NCBI GenBank assembly: GCA_038209745.1
Contig: JBBQXJ010000049.1
Coordinates: 1-35,624 of the forward strand
Direction of reading: 5' to 3'
Source of the DNA: Verrucomicrobiota bacterium
GTDB lineage: Bacteria > Verrucomicrobiota > Verrucomicrobiia > Limisphaerales > CANJSG01
DNA: 35,624 bases
The notes beneath the pieces are model-generated. The model had not been told where the DNA came from and did not search any database. It was given only the letters and a program-made list of their open reading frames with translations. Position 1 is the stretch's first letter, and every line of letters starts with the position of its first letter. Positions 35,486-35,624 of the stretch are shown here, piece after piece. Both the position numbers and the translations under genes were made by a program.

Positions 35486-35624
35486 CATCGGCGTCCGAAG
35501 GCGGGTGTCATGATGCGGCGTAGAGGGAGGCGAGGCGTGGCACGGCGAGGGCTTCCGTGAGCCGGTCGCGCAGGGCGTGGCGGAGCCAGCGGAGGAACTT
35601 CACGCTGCGCTGGGTGGCCCGCCG
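35486..35624 (-). mobile_element. 3' end of a probable IS4-family element (transposase C-terminus at 35508-35624 plus terminal IR)
   Basis: Minus-strand partial ORF RRATQRSVKFLRWLRHALRDRLTEALAVPRLASLYAAS*, followed by an end reading CATCGGCGTCCGAA on the plus strand, similar to IS4-type CA....TGTCC ends. Confidence 0.5.

Noticed and set aside
1..35624. CRISPR array, rRNA, prophage; many long antisense ORFs
   Set aside because: No regularly spaced repeats or phage genes seen; the antisense ORFs are shadows expected from high-GC codon bias.

Overview
High-GC bacterial chromosomal window. The gene families, such as the prepilin/H-X9-DG-type protein, suggest Verrucomicrobiota; this is an inference. 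Housekeeping genes (comB, rfaD/hldD, argA, argJ, cimA, modABC, tRNA-Asn) are interleaved with accessory blocks and four IS relics (IS3-type end, DUF4338/ISAs1 relic, IS630 relic, IS4-like tail at the right edge). Most notable: (1) a five-gene operon, porin > periplasmic binding-like protein > hybrid histidine kinase > single-domain receiver > adenylate cyclase, whose cyclase carries two tandem HisKA-like helices but no ATPase domain, suggesting an outer-membrane-to-cAMP phosphorelay; (2) a five-gene envelope/lipoprotein operon (PEGA, CsgG-like, COG3014-like, YcfL-like, LpoB-like); (3) an unannotated Leu/Val/Thr/Ile leader peptide plus terminator upstream of citramalate synthase (attenuator); (4) a half-length carB; (5) a histidine kinase whose G2 box lies beyond an in-frame TAG; (6) an exported MsrA with substituted active-site tyrosines. 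No CRISPR array or rRNA was seen. All family calls come from motif recognition by eye, not database searches.
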